58,825 bases of DNA, filler included, from Sphacelaria rigidula (GCA_964200075.2; 7 parts of 7 records of this genome joined end to end with filler, not necessarily neighbours in it), one strand, 5' to 3'; positions 25,301 to 38,821 are shown, counted from the first letter of the whole stretch. Numbers and translations: made by a program. The notes: generated by a model not told the origin, from the sequence alone.

Positions 25301-26698
25301 CCTGACCCTGACCACGACGAAGACATACCGAGAACCCTCGGGCGAGGAGGGTACAAAGTGCTCCTTACGCACAGTGTGCGTTTCCAGAGCTCAAATAGAT
25401 GCCTTTCAGCCGATTTTGGAACAAAACACGCTCTGGACAAGCTGGGTCTAGTGCTCACCACTGCTCACCTGTATCTGTTCGTGGTTTCATCCATCGCCCC
25501 GACCAACACTAAAACGAGTATGTTTTAATTTCAACCATTTTTCCCGACCAGTTGGTAACGTCTATCGTTATACTGTACCGTAAATCACGCCACGAGGTGC
25601 CCCCGAATAGTCCCCGGAGGGCCGGTGGAGGGCATTCCCCGCGTAGGGGAAGGCGGGGGCGGATTGGGGAATATTGGGGAATATCAGCACCGTTTTATCG
25701 GGAAACTGCTTCAAAATCGATTGAAAACTGCTTCAAAAACCATTGTTGAGCAACGCTCAGACCGTACACGTGCTTTGCAATGCCTGCGCTGCAACGTGCT
25801 GGGACGTGTGGGCCACATGCTGTATGTGAAGGAAAGGAAACAAACCCAACTCGGTGAATCTTTGGGAGCACAGCCCCCACTAAAGATCCGGAGTTCGGTG
25901 TCGTCACTAAAATCAAGCCGTGAACTTCCACGGGTACCAAGTGGTACAATCTACTGCATCTCGTGTTGGTTGAAACAAGGTTACCGGTGGATGAATTTAG
26001 TGATGATCGCGACCACGGCTGGATCCCTGGAAGATCAGTTGATCCTTTAATAACCGCGAGGGTAGGTCACCTACTGAATCGGTATTAATTTCACTTGAAA
26101 ACAGTGTTTGATCCGGGTGGAGAACCCTTAGACCGCGAGGTTAGTATTCTGTTGAATCGGCATCAATTTCGAGTAAAAAACAAAAAGTGTGCATGATCCA
26201 GAAAGAATATTCTCGCGGTCTAAGGGTTAAGGGATAAAGTGCGACAATCAATCAATTAATCAATCCTAAAAACCCGGCACATTTTGAAGAAATTTACAGT
26301 CAAACCTTGGCCACATATACCGGGAACCACGAGTTTGAGATACCTCTAATAATGATGGTTTGTTCCGTACAGTAGAGTACAGATAGCCTGCACGGTACCG
26401 TACGGTGCCGTAGGATGCAACAGACAGTTTACAGTAGTACGGACAGTATGGTAGTAAATATTTGAACAAAAAATAGTAAGAGTATATACGTACATGCAGT
26501 GCATACAGCAGTATATAGGAGTATAATAGTACTGTACAGTCAGGGATTCGTAATTGTGGAGGCAGTTGGCCCGAATATTTCAATATTTCCGACTGCGGGT
26601 CGGAGTCAAGATCACGCTTTGTAAGCTGCGGACCTGTGCACCGACTTTTCAGACCCTTGACCTGTGACCCTCGCCATCTGCCGCCTATCATCGAGAGC

Positions 26699-27179
26699 AT
26701 GGAAGAATCATACGCAGAAGAGCGGAGCCCATTACTCCATGGACCAATAGAAGTAGAAGCAATAGCAGCACCACAACTATCTCGAGGCCGGCGTCGCGGT
26801 CACTTACCCAGTGGAGAAAAAATCCCTTCCTTGATGCGGCAACAGCACACCAAAGCAACAACGTCTTGGCAACGGGTACGGTTTGTCAGCATCGGCGCAA
26901 CGATATTATTCGCCCTTGGGCTGATTGGCGCCATTACTTCTACCAAAACGGCCGAGCATGACGCCTTGGAAGCGACGGACGCTGGAATCGCTGGCTTTGC
27001 CGTAAGCGGGGGTGCAGGGACGCGGCACGGTATAGATATAGATTTTCATCCAACTGGCGGGACAACTAACGAGCCGCATACGCCTCCAATTACAAATGGT
27101 GATGGAAATCGCGGAGGGGGGGAGGGGCAGCTATCGGGGGCGGCCGTAGATTCTGCAGGTCCAGGCTCTGAAGATGTTG
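26699..27179 (+). CDS. Probable first exon of a single-pass (type II) membrane protein of unknown family
   Basis: ATG at 26699 and an open frame of 160 codons. It has an acidic dileucine motif EERSPLL, one hydrophobic segment (FVSIGATILFALGLIGAIT) and a Gly/acidic stem, and ends at a canonical donor G|GTGAGT (phase 1). Confidence 0.7.
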
Positions 27180-27890
27180 GTGAGTCTGATGACGTGTGTT
27201 GACCTCATCGTTATTTCCGTGATTACATAGTATAGATTGTTACAATCGCTTTGACACATTTTGGACTGTTCGACCAGCGTGGTTTTATTCATTAATTTGA
27301 GGTCTCATGTCGCGCCAAGACTGGCGTTTGGGAAAACATGACCTACACAATTGTTGTATGCGCATATCTTATATTGTGCTGTACAGTGTTTTTTCTTTTT
27401 CAATAATATGGAGACCATATTTTCGGAGATTCGGCTCACCAACACAGTACACCAGGCATCGGATGATACTGAAACTTGACGTATGTGTGGATTGAAGCCG
27501 CAGGTAGGTGTTGACCCAGGAGTTTTGGCGAGCCAAGGCCTGTTGTGCGCTGCGTGGCTTGAAAGGATAATTATGCACGATGCTGGATTCCGAAAACAAG
27601 ACCACTTTCTGATGACAATTCCTAAGGGTAACGACTTGAAATCCGCGCGGAGGCAGGAGTAGATCTTCTCATCCTTGTTGTTTACATCGGCCGCCTGTTG
27701 GTCGAGGCTGGCACCCAGGCCGGAAATAACCGCCAGTTGAAGTTCTCCACATATTAGAGGCAGATATCCCTGAGTTTTTTACGCCGCTGCCGCACAACGC
27801 AGCCAAGGACAAGAATGTCTTCTGTCAAGGACCGCTGCGGACCTGTTCGGGCAGGGGGCAATCTCTCCTCCCTCACAATGCCAGACTTCC

Positions 27891-28299
27891 ACCATCTTTC
27901 ACGGCAACCAATCTCGATTTTTACAAATATGGGGATTTCAGCTCGCCTACAGGCAATTTTCTCCCGCGGATAGATTTTTCGCGCCCCAGTCCGTTGGGCC
28001 ATGTTTTTCGGCTAGCTGTGAGCAAACCAGATCATTTCTCCGATTTACTGGACGTGTACTTTTGGTATACCACATTTCTGCTCAAATCGAGAGACTCCCG
28101 CATCTCCCCCGATTTTTTCACTTACCAAAAGTAGAGATCCAGAAAATCGGAGACTTGATCTGGTTTACTTACAGCTAGCCGAAAAACATGGCCCAACAGA
28201 CTGGGGTTCGTGAAATCAATCCACGGGAGAACATCGCCTGTAGGCGGGCTGAAATCGTCATATTTGTAGAAATCGGGATTGGTTGCCATAAAAGATGGT
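27891..28299. repeat. Imperfect hairpin (~175-bp arms)
   Basis: ACCATCTTT...CTTTTGGTA pairs with TACCAAAAG...AAAGATGGT. Confidence 0.88.
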
Positions 28300-29840
28300 C
28301 TTAGCGTGGGCGTTACCACGACGGTCTAAAAATGACGGGGGCAGTTGCTGTAGTTTTCTTCCATCATAATCAATCAGATATTCTTCCGTGGTGTGCTCCC
28401 ACGTGAAGATATTTATTTTTCTCTGGCAGGCGCGTGAACGCCACTGTGTATACAGAGTTTTCACTTGGCTCCAGAATAGGACAGGGTGAGAGTCGCAATC
28501 TGATTTTTCACGAATGGATCATGGGTATTCTAGCCCAGTGGAGGCGTGGCTCGCATCGTACAGTCAGTACTACAGTACTCGTTGTACTGGCGCTAGGAAC
28601 ACACAGTGTCAACTTCGTCGGGTATTACGGTGCGCGGATGCATATCGTGCAAAAAACGCTTTCCACTTTCGTCGTGATATGCATCCTCTCCCATCCGGCT
28701 TTCAAACGCCCGAAAGCTGGTCTGTAGCGCCAGGTATCCGTGCTGATGTGGAGACCTCTCTTCCAAGGACGTCTGCCTCTCTAGTCTCACCACATTTTAG
28801 GCCTTCTTAGAGTATGATCGTCTCCAAGTGACGCCGCGGATGATGAATTACAATCTCAGTACAATGCCTCCATCATACATTAAAAAGGAACGACAATGTA
28901 AAGTAAAGTTTGTCAAATGAATCCCTCTAGAAAGCGCGTCACACAGAAGGCACCCGCCACAAGGAATTGAAAAGTAAAAAAGCCTACTTTCGAAAAAAAC
29001 AGATTTGGTCTATAAGGAACGATACTTCGAAATAAGAAATAGCCAAATGAGAACAGCATGCTCCACGACGAACAGATGAGAAACATGGTAAGGGCCGTTG
29101 TGAGGCCTTGACTTGACCCCCGGAGCACCAGAGGCGTCCAATTGCGGGATCAGCATATTTTTTTCTTGATGAAGGACTGACAACGATGCTGATTCCTCAA
29201 CTGGGCACCTCCGGGGCCAACAAGGTAAACCTTTGACCGCGAGCGTCGCCTCCCGAAGAGTTTCGCTTGTTGAAAGGGCAGGGACATGCGGGCGTTTCGA
29301 GGGGGCGGCGGGGGTGGTTTCGACAGAGTGGTGGGTGCCTATTTGCAGAATAGCCGGAAAACTCACGAAGTCAACCATGTGTGGAAGTTTTCGACGGAAA
29401 ATTCTAAGCCAGGAACGAGGCCCGAGAGGAGGGGAGCGACCGTTCAGATACTTGTGATTGGTCAGGCAGGTGGACAACCTCAGCGGAGCTGTGTTTGACC
29501 AACTGTGGTCATGACCATTCAGGCCGTGTCTTCTCAAAAAAGTCTCGGCTCGAAAACGTGCGGTCGAATCGAATTGGTCCACGGCATTCATGTTTCCAGA
29601 TGACTCCAAGTCCATTTGATAATTGTTTGCGCGCGAAGGGCAGGGTGAAAAATACAAAAGCCTACGAGCTGGGTCGGCCTCGACGTAGATTCAAGCTCGC
29701 ATAGCAAATATCTCCTCGACACAGACGAGTTGGGCCGTGATTCGCATATCGTATTAATCGTCTGATCGTGGGGGAGGTGGCCACGTGCTTCAAAATCTGA
29801 GCCAATTTTCCCTCGTTGAATAAATCCCATGTCAAGTAAT

Positions 29841-30929
29841 AGAGATTTTCGGAAGATGTTTTTTTTCTATCATGGAGTCAGAGTGCAGAGTGGAAGCTTC
29901 GAAACTTCAAAGTGGACATTAGTAAGTTCATAGCAGAAGCTGATGTGACGTGGCTTGACGTTATTTTGTCCTGTCGCAGTGATCGGCCGCAGGTTGCCCC
30001 GCCAAATGTATGATCGACCAGCGCCCACTTCGGAAGTGCGTAGGCCAGCACAACACTGCGGCACCGTATGCACCACACCCTGTTCGCCTTTTCAATGCAC
30101 CTGCAGTACTTCAATCCACCACGGCGCACTACAGGACATTGTAGTGCTGTAGTGCAATAATTCTGAGGAGCGTGGAGTGCAGTACAGTACAGAGAGTGCA
30201 ATACAGAACCCTACACCAGTGCGTTGCGATGCTGTAAACTATTATACTGTACAGCGATACCGTACAGAGAGTCAGTGGTACAAACAATAAAAGTACAGAC
30301 AGTACGGTACGCAGCACTCTCAAACAGCAGTCCTCGGCCGCATTGCGATGATTTCTCCTCATGCCACCCATAACGGTGGTGCAAGACGTCATGATCTCTC
30401 ACAGGATGGGAATACAGCCAGGGGTAGTGCTACTTGTGCGCTGTAGACTACGAATCGTTTCCACCGTCTTCTTCCAGCTGAGGCAGGCAAGAGTGAGGAG
30501 CTGCACCCAAGTCAACGTGTACCCGTCGAGCATTTGAATATCCACGCAACACAACCAAGCGAATGCTGATACCATGGCGGCGTCAGGGAGGTCTTCTGAT
30601 TGCGATGCCAATCTTTTCTACCTCGTGAATGGCCCATTGTGACAAGCATGGCAGTTTTGATGGACGATGAATGTGCGACTTTGCTGGTTAGGGTGTATTG
30701 ACTTTGGAGCGGACGTGACCATGGTGGTGAAGGTGGGCGTGGTGCTTTTTCATTCCGCTATGAGCTCTGAAGAGGAACAACGGTTTTCAGAGTGAAGTGG
30801 TGCAAAAGGCACTCTGACTCTGAAAAAATCGCTCTGAAGAAAACTTCAAAGCGGAAAGTGCACCTTTACCGGCTATTTTTCCTTCCACTCTGACCCAAAG
30901 ATTTGAAAAAACGCTTCCCGAAACTCTCT
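29841..30929. mobile_element. Non-autonomous TIR element (AGAG...CTCT) with 3-bp AAT TSD, nested in the 29665 element
   Basis: AAT|AGAGATTTTCGGAAG...CTTCCCGAAACTCTCT|AAT. The uninterrupted homologue at ~51820 reads GTCTAGTAATTCC, which fixes a 3-bp duplication. Confidence 0.75.
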
Positions 30930-31517
30930 AATTCCCATACCAAGTCTGTATGAAACCCCGGACGATATATGTGCAGCGGATGATGACGATTTTTTTGCGT
31001 GGACATTCCCTGGAGCACGGGGAGACGATCGATGCCCTCACTTTTCCTAATTCGTTTTCTGTTCCGAGATATAGCGCACATGAGGTTCTATACTAAAATC
31101 AGTATATTTTGAGCGGAGGTACTTCATGCACTAAATCAGGATATTGCGTCTCAGTCTTTTGAGAGTTGTGCTTTGAAATTTCATATGGAAAATCGCTATT
31201 GCACAGTAGAAATAAATAACGTTTTTCGTTTTGTTTTTTGTCATTGGGGAAGTCCTGAGGAAAATTGGACAATGCTCTCGGACCTTATCTTAGTTTTTCA
31301 GCTCGATTTTAAGAATTGAGACTTGAAACTTATCATGGAGAATCGCAAAGGCATGCCAAAAGAGAAAAAAAAAAAAATGGGCCCTTCGTTTTTTTTCCCA
31401 AAGGGATGGTGGGCGTTCTCGTGAAAATATGATCTTCACTACACTAAAATGTCCGAAACAAGGAAATGACCTGGAAAATATTGTTCCGGATTTTTCCAGT
31501 ACGGTTCCTAAATCGTT

Positions 31518-31774
31518 CCGTCTCCACTCAGTTTTGGGAATTGGACTTTCAATTTTGGTACGGGGAGAAAGAATAGGGCATGCTAAAAAAGTGTCAAGAA
31601 GCACATGGATTTATATTTTACTGTGAATTGACGGCGTTTTCCTCATAAATAGGTTACTGATATTTGCCACTAACTAAAAAAAAACTTACGCGCTTCTTGA
31701 CACTTTTTTAGCATGCCCTATTCTTTCTCCGTACCAAAGTTGAAAGTCCAACCCCCAAAATTGAGTGGAGACGG
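31518..31774. repeat. Inverted repeat (~85-bp arms), MITE-like
   Basis: GAATAGGGCATGCTAAAAAAGTGTCAAGAAGC pairs with GCTTCTTGACACTTTTTTAGCATGCCCTATTC. Confidence 0.85.
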
Positions 31775-31900
31775 GGTCTGCAAACCGCGAATTCGCGACG
31801 AGGATGGCCCTGCTTTTGAGTGTACACATTACATTCCCGGTTTGTGGTTCGTGCGATATACCGTCGAAGGTTCACGTTTCCTACCTTCCACTCGTATAGT

Positions 31901-32990
31901 GTGAATCATAGGTACATATTTTCCATTTTCCGTTTACTCATCATGAATCATGGGCATACGTTCAACACCTTGCACTCATACGAGGTGAATCAAGCGTACA
32001 TGGCTCCCAATTCCCGTTCGTGCAGGATGAATTATACCGACATGTTTCCTAAATCCCATTCATACGAGGTAGATCATGAGTACATGTTTCCCACCTTCCA
32101 TTCATGGAGGTGAATCGAGCGTGCATGATTCTCCATTTCCATTCAAGCAGCATGAACCATACGTACGTGTTCCCTACCTTCCACCATTCGTACGAGATGG
32201 ATCAAGTGCACATTCTTCCCATTTTTCTTTTCTACAGCATGAATCATACGTGCATGTTCCTCACCTCCTGTTCGTATGGCATAAAAAATGAGAACGTCTT
32301 TCTCACCTGTCATTTCATGGGGCGCCACTCTTCGGTGGCGCGATCCTCTCACAGGTGGGGTGTGCAAAAAAGACCGTACAGGTCGCGGACCACTTGAGAG
32401 CCAAATCCGCATTAAACCTAATTTCGAATTTTGTCCTCACACGGAACACATCAACCACATCAAAACACACGCGTCTGCGTGCCCGTCGCGGTTTTTACAG
32501 CAAGTGTTTTTACAGCCTTCGTGCTTTCATGTTGTGTTCTGTGGTACAGTTAACCTGAACATACTGTATACACCACCACGAACAGAAGCGAACAGCACAG
32601 CTCCAGCTCCAGCACCAGCACGAGTCGTCCTCACATCCTCGCGGGAGTTTTCGGAAAAGCTCCAGTGGGCACTGCCATCCGCGGACAGAAAACGGTATAG
32701 CATTACACAGCACACGCATCTGTGCACCTAGAGAAATTTTTCTAGCTGTTTGTTTTCCCCTGACTCATTCAGCACGAATCACATGATCCATGTACATGTT
32801 TCCCACCTGGCGTTCGTGAGTATGAATCATAGATACATATTTCCCAACTTCCATTCGTACGAGGTGAATCACAGGTACATGCTTCCCAATTTCCGTTCAT
32901 GCAGCATTAATCATACGTACATGTTTCCCACCTTCGATTCAGATGAGGTGAATCAAGTGTACATGATTCCCACCCATGATTCATACAGGG
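31901..32990 (+). repeat. Degenerate 42-bp minisatellite with 84-bp alternation, in two blocks (31901-32290 and ~32773-32990)
   Basis: Units RTGAATCA...TACATGTTTCCCA..TTCC.TTC.T.C alternate between GTG...CAGC and ATG...CGAG types. Confidence 0.85.
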
Positions 32991-33478
32991 CTTGTGATAC
33001 GTACATCTGTTGCATTCTTGATTCGTCTGATACTACTACTTGGAGTGTACACATTCCCACTTCGTGGTTCGTGCGATATGACCTTGAACGTACAACTTCA
33101 CCATCCGTGATTCAGACAGGCTGATTCACGCTCATCACCCCAAATTATGTCATCAGCAAATGCTTTTCGCAATACGTACCCTATAGTCGCATACATGATA
33201 TCATCGCCATTAACAGCTGAAGAGCGTGGCATAGCCGGATTTGTGTGAAGGCCATAGTGGTAGCGTTAAAGGCGAAAAGGTATATGGGCCAATCAGTGGC
33301 CGTCAAATTATTCCGAGATCAAAATTAAATTCCAGGCCCGATTTTCACCCAATCTCCGCATGCTTTAAATCGTCATTACCGTCATCGGCTCGGAAATCGA
33401 ACGAAAAAAACATGTTCTAAAACGGTTACTACGGGGCTTGAATTATACCCGAAACCGTGATGATTCGGTAATGTCGGG

Positions 33479-33530
<52 letters not shown>

Positions 33531-35266
33531 TATTATCATCAATAGTATTAATAGCCAAAATGATGTCCCGCTCGNNNNNNNNNNNNNNNNNNNNNNNNNN
33601 NNNNNNNNNNNNNNNNNNTTAATTAATTAANNNNNNNNNNNNNNNNNNNNNNNNNNNNNNNNNNNNNNNNNNNNAAAAATGGACACAATCCCGGGGAGCG
33701 GTGGATTCTCATTTCAAAACACCTTCTCATTTTTTTGGCAACCCTGTTATAGGCAAAAGTACTCGTTTCATGCAGTACAGGAATATTCCGTTAATGATTA
33801 GGTCGTGGTGGTTTTAGACTTGTAGTATGTCCATGATTTCAGCGTTATATCTATTTCAGTATTTTTGTCGTTTGCTCGCGTTAGGAGGATGCATGTGTTC
33901 CACTAACTGTTTGATGTTTCACATGAAAGTGTTTCTCCCTGCTCGTTTGTTTGGTCCTGATCGTTATGAATGCCATACCCCACTGCCATATTCGCTGCCC
34001 GGCAGATCTCGAACTTCTTCCACGTCTCCGAGGTTTGGAGCAGTTTGTCCTTTCTGCGTTGTTTTTGGCTGTGGGAGTCGTCGGGCGCCGTACGTACGGT
34101 AACTGCATGAATTTGGTTTGATTTTGTCTTCACTTACTGCTAGCGTAAATACCAAACGTGAGATTTTGCACGTAACCGCTGATTTTTGTGGAAACGTGTG
34201 CTCCATCTCCTCTGTTTAGTTGTGGTCGATGTTGTTGAAGGGATGGTAATGATGACCATAAAGTGTTTTTGGTACAGGTTTATCTTGACCTATGAACAAT
34301 CAGAACGGTCTGTTGCGCATACGATCGCCAGCACACGCACGAGGGTCCATCCTCTTCATCGAATACCATTCTTCTCTACGTTTCGAGGTTGTCTCCACAT
34401 CATACATAACATGGTTCCCGTGAGATCGAGAGTAGAGCGTTGAGAGTGGCTTTGATAATTTCTTTTCTTTGCCTTCATCAGTACTGTGTGCCCACAGCTA
34501 CACGTCGATATCCTACTCAGGGACATGAAGGGTCTCAGTGGCACGCTAGTACAGCAAGCATATCGAGTTTCGTGGAGGGGCATTTCGGGACTGAAACGAT
34601 TCATTCACCAACTGACCGCTTTTCATTCTCAATCGTATCCTCTACTCTCAATCTCACGAAAGCATAGTTACATGCGGTGTCGACGCGTCGGGAGTTTGAT
34701 GATATTGAAGTGATACTACATTCTTCTCGTGTCATGAGCATGAAGTATAGCATGCCAATGTGTATTGGATATTGACTTGGTCAAGGAACGAAACGTCGGC
34801 CGAGTGTGACAATATGTTCGACCCCTCGTCTTCGGAACGGGTTCGAAATTAGAATTTCGCCGATGATCGTCTTTCACTCTCAGTCAAGGCAACTCTGGGT
34901 CGACCGAGACTTTCGTTGAAGATGTATGTTTTCTTTCATTGAAAGCTTGCAAACAAAAGAGGGATATATGACTTCATTCCAACGACGGCTGGGATAAGCG
35001 GTGGTGCCAAACCGAGAGAGAGACGATGCCTTTGTCTCTTTGTATCTTGCTCTAGAGATCTCTGTGTGCTGTCATCAGTCAGCATTGGGGCGTGGGGCAC
35101 AAGGAGCAGACTGCAAGCATAACTTCTTCTGTGATATCAAAATAGCACTACTGTAGGCGCCTGCAGGTGGATGTACTCCACATCACTCCTACCCCCCTCC
35201 AACATGCACAATGACCTGCAGAATTCTGATCTGGATTTTGATATGCAATCGCGTATGATGAATCAT

Positions 35267-35508
35267 GCTACGATAGAGGGGGGGAGGGGATAATGGTATA
35301 TTTTCTTCCATGAAATTCCCCTTCGATCGTCAATGGAAGCAGCCAACAGTTGTTCGAACGCGCTTGCTGCAGATAAAAAACGCTAATTCATGCTGGTTTA
35401 CACAGCTTTCACCCAAATTTGAGCGCACCGTGAGTGTTTTGGGGCATTTGACGCATCCATGAGCGCTGTTTTCAGTGGAACTGAACCCCCGCCCTCCCCT
35501 ATCGTAGC
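35267..35508. mobile_element. MITE, GCTACGATAG-terminated family
   Basis: GCTACGATAGAGGGGGG ... CCCTCCCCTATCGTAGC. Confidence 0.7.
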
Positions 35509-35529
35509 TTGGTACTGATACCATGACTA

Positions 35530-36560
35530 CTACTACAGTACAGTGGTTGCACTACACCGAGATGTAAAGCGAGCGAACTTGCCGGGAGCAGTCCGATGAT
35601 CTTTCACGTAAACAATTTCGGGCAGAAGGCATGGCGGGACCGAAACCACTGCGGATCAGCGGCGATACATGGAGGAACACACCCTGTCTGCGCTCAGTTT
35701 GCTCGTACCGCACGCCCATCCAACCTACAGTACACTTGCAGTGTCCCACTGTACCCCAGATCGTAGAGCACATCGCGGTTTGGGGGAGCTCAAACGGAGA
35801 GTGCGATTTTTGGTTCAGTATTAGGGTGCCCGGAACAAAACTGGCTGAAGTGCCTGAGGGACGATCTCCACGCTTTCGGAGCCACAGACGGCTCTACGGA
35901 CGACAACCGCCAGACATTCAGAACTGACCACGCCCTATGGATCTCAGCAGAAAATAAGGAGAGGGGGGCGCCGTGGCACGCGGGAGTGCTGCAGGAAGCG
36001 GAGAGGTTCATGACCTCATGGCACAGAAATGAAGAGGAGGTCAGCCGACTGCGTGCGATTACACGCGAGACCAACGAAGCCCAAACAGCACAGCAATGAC
36101 GATGGTCCAGAGAACGGGGTGGGTGGGGGGTGAACCTCCCCGATGAGGGGTGTCGTTATGTCATGCAGTGCTTGTCTTGATACACCTGGTATGCTTGTAC
36201 GTATGGCTGTCCCTCGAGAGGTCGAAAGATGGAACCTTGCGATTCTTAGTTCTTTGGTTGGCGGTATTTGGGGCCTTGAGTCTCGCCCGTAGTCGGACCC
36301 TATGTTCATATCTACTTGGCGTCGCGCGTCGAGTTGGAAAGCCGGGTGCCGCCCGCTGAAGTCCAAATAAATGGCCACCTGCGGCACCGGATCTTCTGAG
36401 GTTAGCCATATGCATTCTCTTTCTTCTTTATTATTGATCTCTGTATTGCTTGTGTCGCGTTTTGCGAGTTTTTATCTGGGTCTATTTTGTTTCTTTGGCT
36501 TTGTTTGATTTCGTCATACCCTCTCGTAGGTAGCTAGCCTGTGACCACGGAAGGCGTCCG
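35530..36560 (+). mobile_element. Decayed RTE-like LINE 3' fragment
   Basis: Reads CLRDDLHAFGAT...WHAGVLQEAERFMTSW, similar to CLAEDMKAFG...VEQGAERFMADW in the 40608-41285 LINE. It is followed by a T-rich UTR and a GTGACCACGG end motif. Confidence 0.75.
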
Positions 36561-36619
36561 CTTCAGATGCCCAGTACGAATGTACCGTGCAGATATCGGA
36601 ACGGTTTTTAACGTGAAGA

Positions 36620-38821
36620 CAACAACAACAGTGAAGCACGCCAATCATCAACTATTGCAAGCTTCACATATCGTGTCAAATTGACCACTGCAACCCGGCA
36701 GCAGTCGCATAAATGCGTCCTCATTTGAAACCGAGGGGTCGAGAACCTTTGTAGAATCAAAATGACGCGAACCAGGATCCTACTGACAAGCTGGAGCCGC
36801 TGACAAACGAACAGTTGAAACGGCCACATTCGAAGCATACAATTCTCCAAAAATTATCTCCGCCCTCTGCATATCTCCTCTGGCGATAGGCATCGACAGT
36901 ATCTTCGTTCTTCATTCCACCTCATCTGTTTTCCCGCAATCCCACCCGATTCTAGTGCCGCCCTACTCCCTTGGCTTCCCATACTTGATCGCATCGGAGT
37001 GCCTACGCGCCCCCCTCTTCCAGTCGCCCGGCACCGACGACGCCACGCGTAGCAAGGCGTTGCTGACAGAGGTGGCGGCAGCGGCAGCGGCTGACGCGTT
37101 GTTGGCGTAGTAGGCGGCATCGGCTGCGGTGTTGTGTCTGCGTCGGTATCGATTATGTCGGCGGAAATACCGTCGGACGCAAGGTTGTCGTCGGTAATAT
37201 TGACGAAGTCAATGGCAACGGCATCGGATTCGGAGTTGTCGGGAGCAGTATCGATGAATTCGGCGGAGTATGCGGGAGCGGCAGCCGCTGCAATATTGTC
37301 GGCGCAGTAGGTGGTAGCGGCGGGGCTACGGTCTTGTCGACGACGGTGTCGATGAAGTCGGCGGCAATGGCATCTGACGCAGGTTTGTCGACGGTGCTAT
37401 TGATGAGGTCGGCGGCAACGGCAGTTGCTGCGGGGGCTCGGCTATCACCGCATCATGTGTTGGCGGTAATGGTGGCGTCGGGAGCGACTCGGATTTTACC
37501 GCGTGATTCAGCGACTGTGTGGATGTCGGCGGGTCGGTGACGGTACTAACTTTATTCTCCCCCCTGCCGGCGAGCGGCATCGTCGGCGGTTGCAGAAGCT
37601 GCACACGCGAGGCAGTCCACACAAAAGGTACACATTTTGCCGAGAAAGCTGGCTGGATACCAACACCTGAGGGAACAGGTGCGACGCTCATTGGGACAGC
37701 GGGCTGGACAGATACCGAGCGGAGAAGGTACAACGCCCCGGGGGAAATATGCCACAAACCGACACTGGGGAGACAGTACACAGCATGTTTTTCTGACGCT
37801 GAGGCTGTGTCGACACTCGAGGGCTCCACAGTGGGAGACAAATCAACTTCGTTCGTAGGGGAACGAGACTCCACAGTAACAGTAGAAAAAACAGTTCCGC
37901 TACTCAACGTGGGAGTGTCGGGCGAAGAGCGAGGTCCTTCACATGCAGATGAATCAACTCTGCTATTGAGCGGAGGATGCTCCACAGTGGGAAAAAATCA
38001 ACTCCGCTCGTGGGGGAACGAAACGTACAGTAATAGTAAAATAAATCATTCCGCTAATCGATGTGGTGGTTTCGAGCGGACGGGTGGAGGGGTAATAACA
38101 TTAGGAGCCATAATACGGCCATATATTTTGGAAAGGCGGGTGGCCAATTACGATGAAGACAGAGCATTACGGTAAAATCGTGATCTGACGTTAAATATCT
38201 AGTGCTTATACATAGGTCAACTGGACACAGAAATCTGTAGAGGGAGCAGAAAAATCTTTAGAGGATCGCATGTGGAATCTCAGTTTCGGACCACCTACTG
38301 CCTTCACCAGGAAGGTTACGATAACGTTCACCATACCTTTTGGGGGGGATCGTTAATCATCAACATTTTGCATGGTTCCGGTAATATGGCGTAAAGCACC
38401 AGTGTCAGTAATCCATTTCTCAGTACCGCCACCCCTACTTGATAGAGTCTGCTGATGTAACAGAACCTACCCATACAAGTCAAACTGCCAAACCAATAAC
38501 TGGACCCGCCTATCGTCATGGAACGCGCCATGCATATGTAGCTGTAGGTGCTTCGAGGGTGAAGCATTGATTGGAGGAGAGGATGAAGCAGGCGTGGGGG
38601 CGTGTACTCATGATCATGCATGCCATAGCCACAAAACCATTGGCCATGAAGCAGGGGGGGGGGGGGGGGGCATGTTGGTGGGGTTGAGTTTATGGAGGGG
38701 AAAAGGATTGGGGGTTGGGAGGGTAGGAAAAGGGGGGGGGGGGGGNNNNNNNGGAGTGGGGGGGGGGGGGGGGGGGGGGGGGGGGCGGGGGCACCATATG
38801 CCGGCCACCAGCGAAAAGACA

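Noticed and set aside
31901..32990. Regularly spaced repeats as a CRISPR-like array
   Set aside because: The units are contiguous and degenerate with no unique spacers, there are no cas genes, and the context is eukaryotic.
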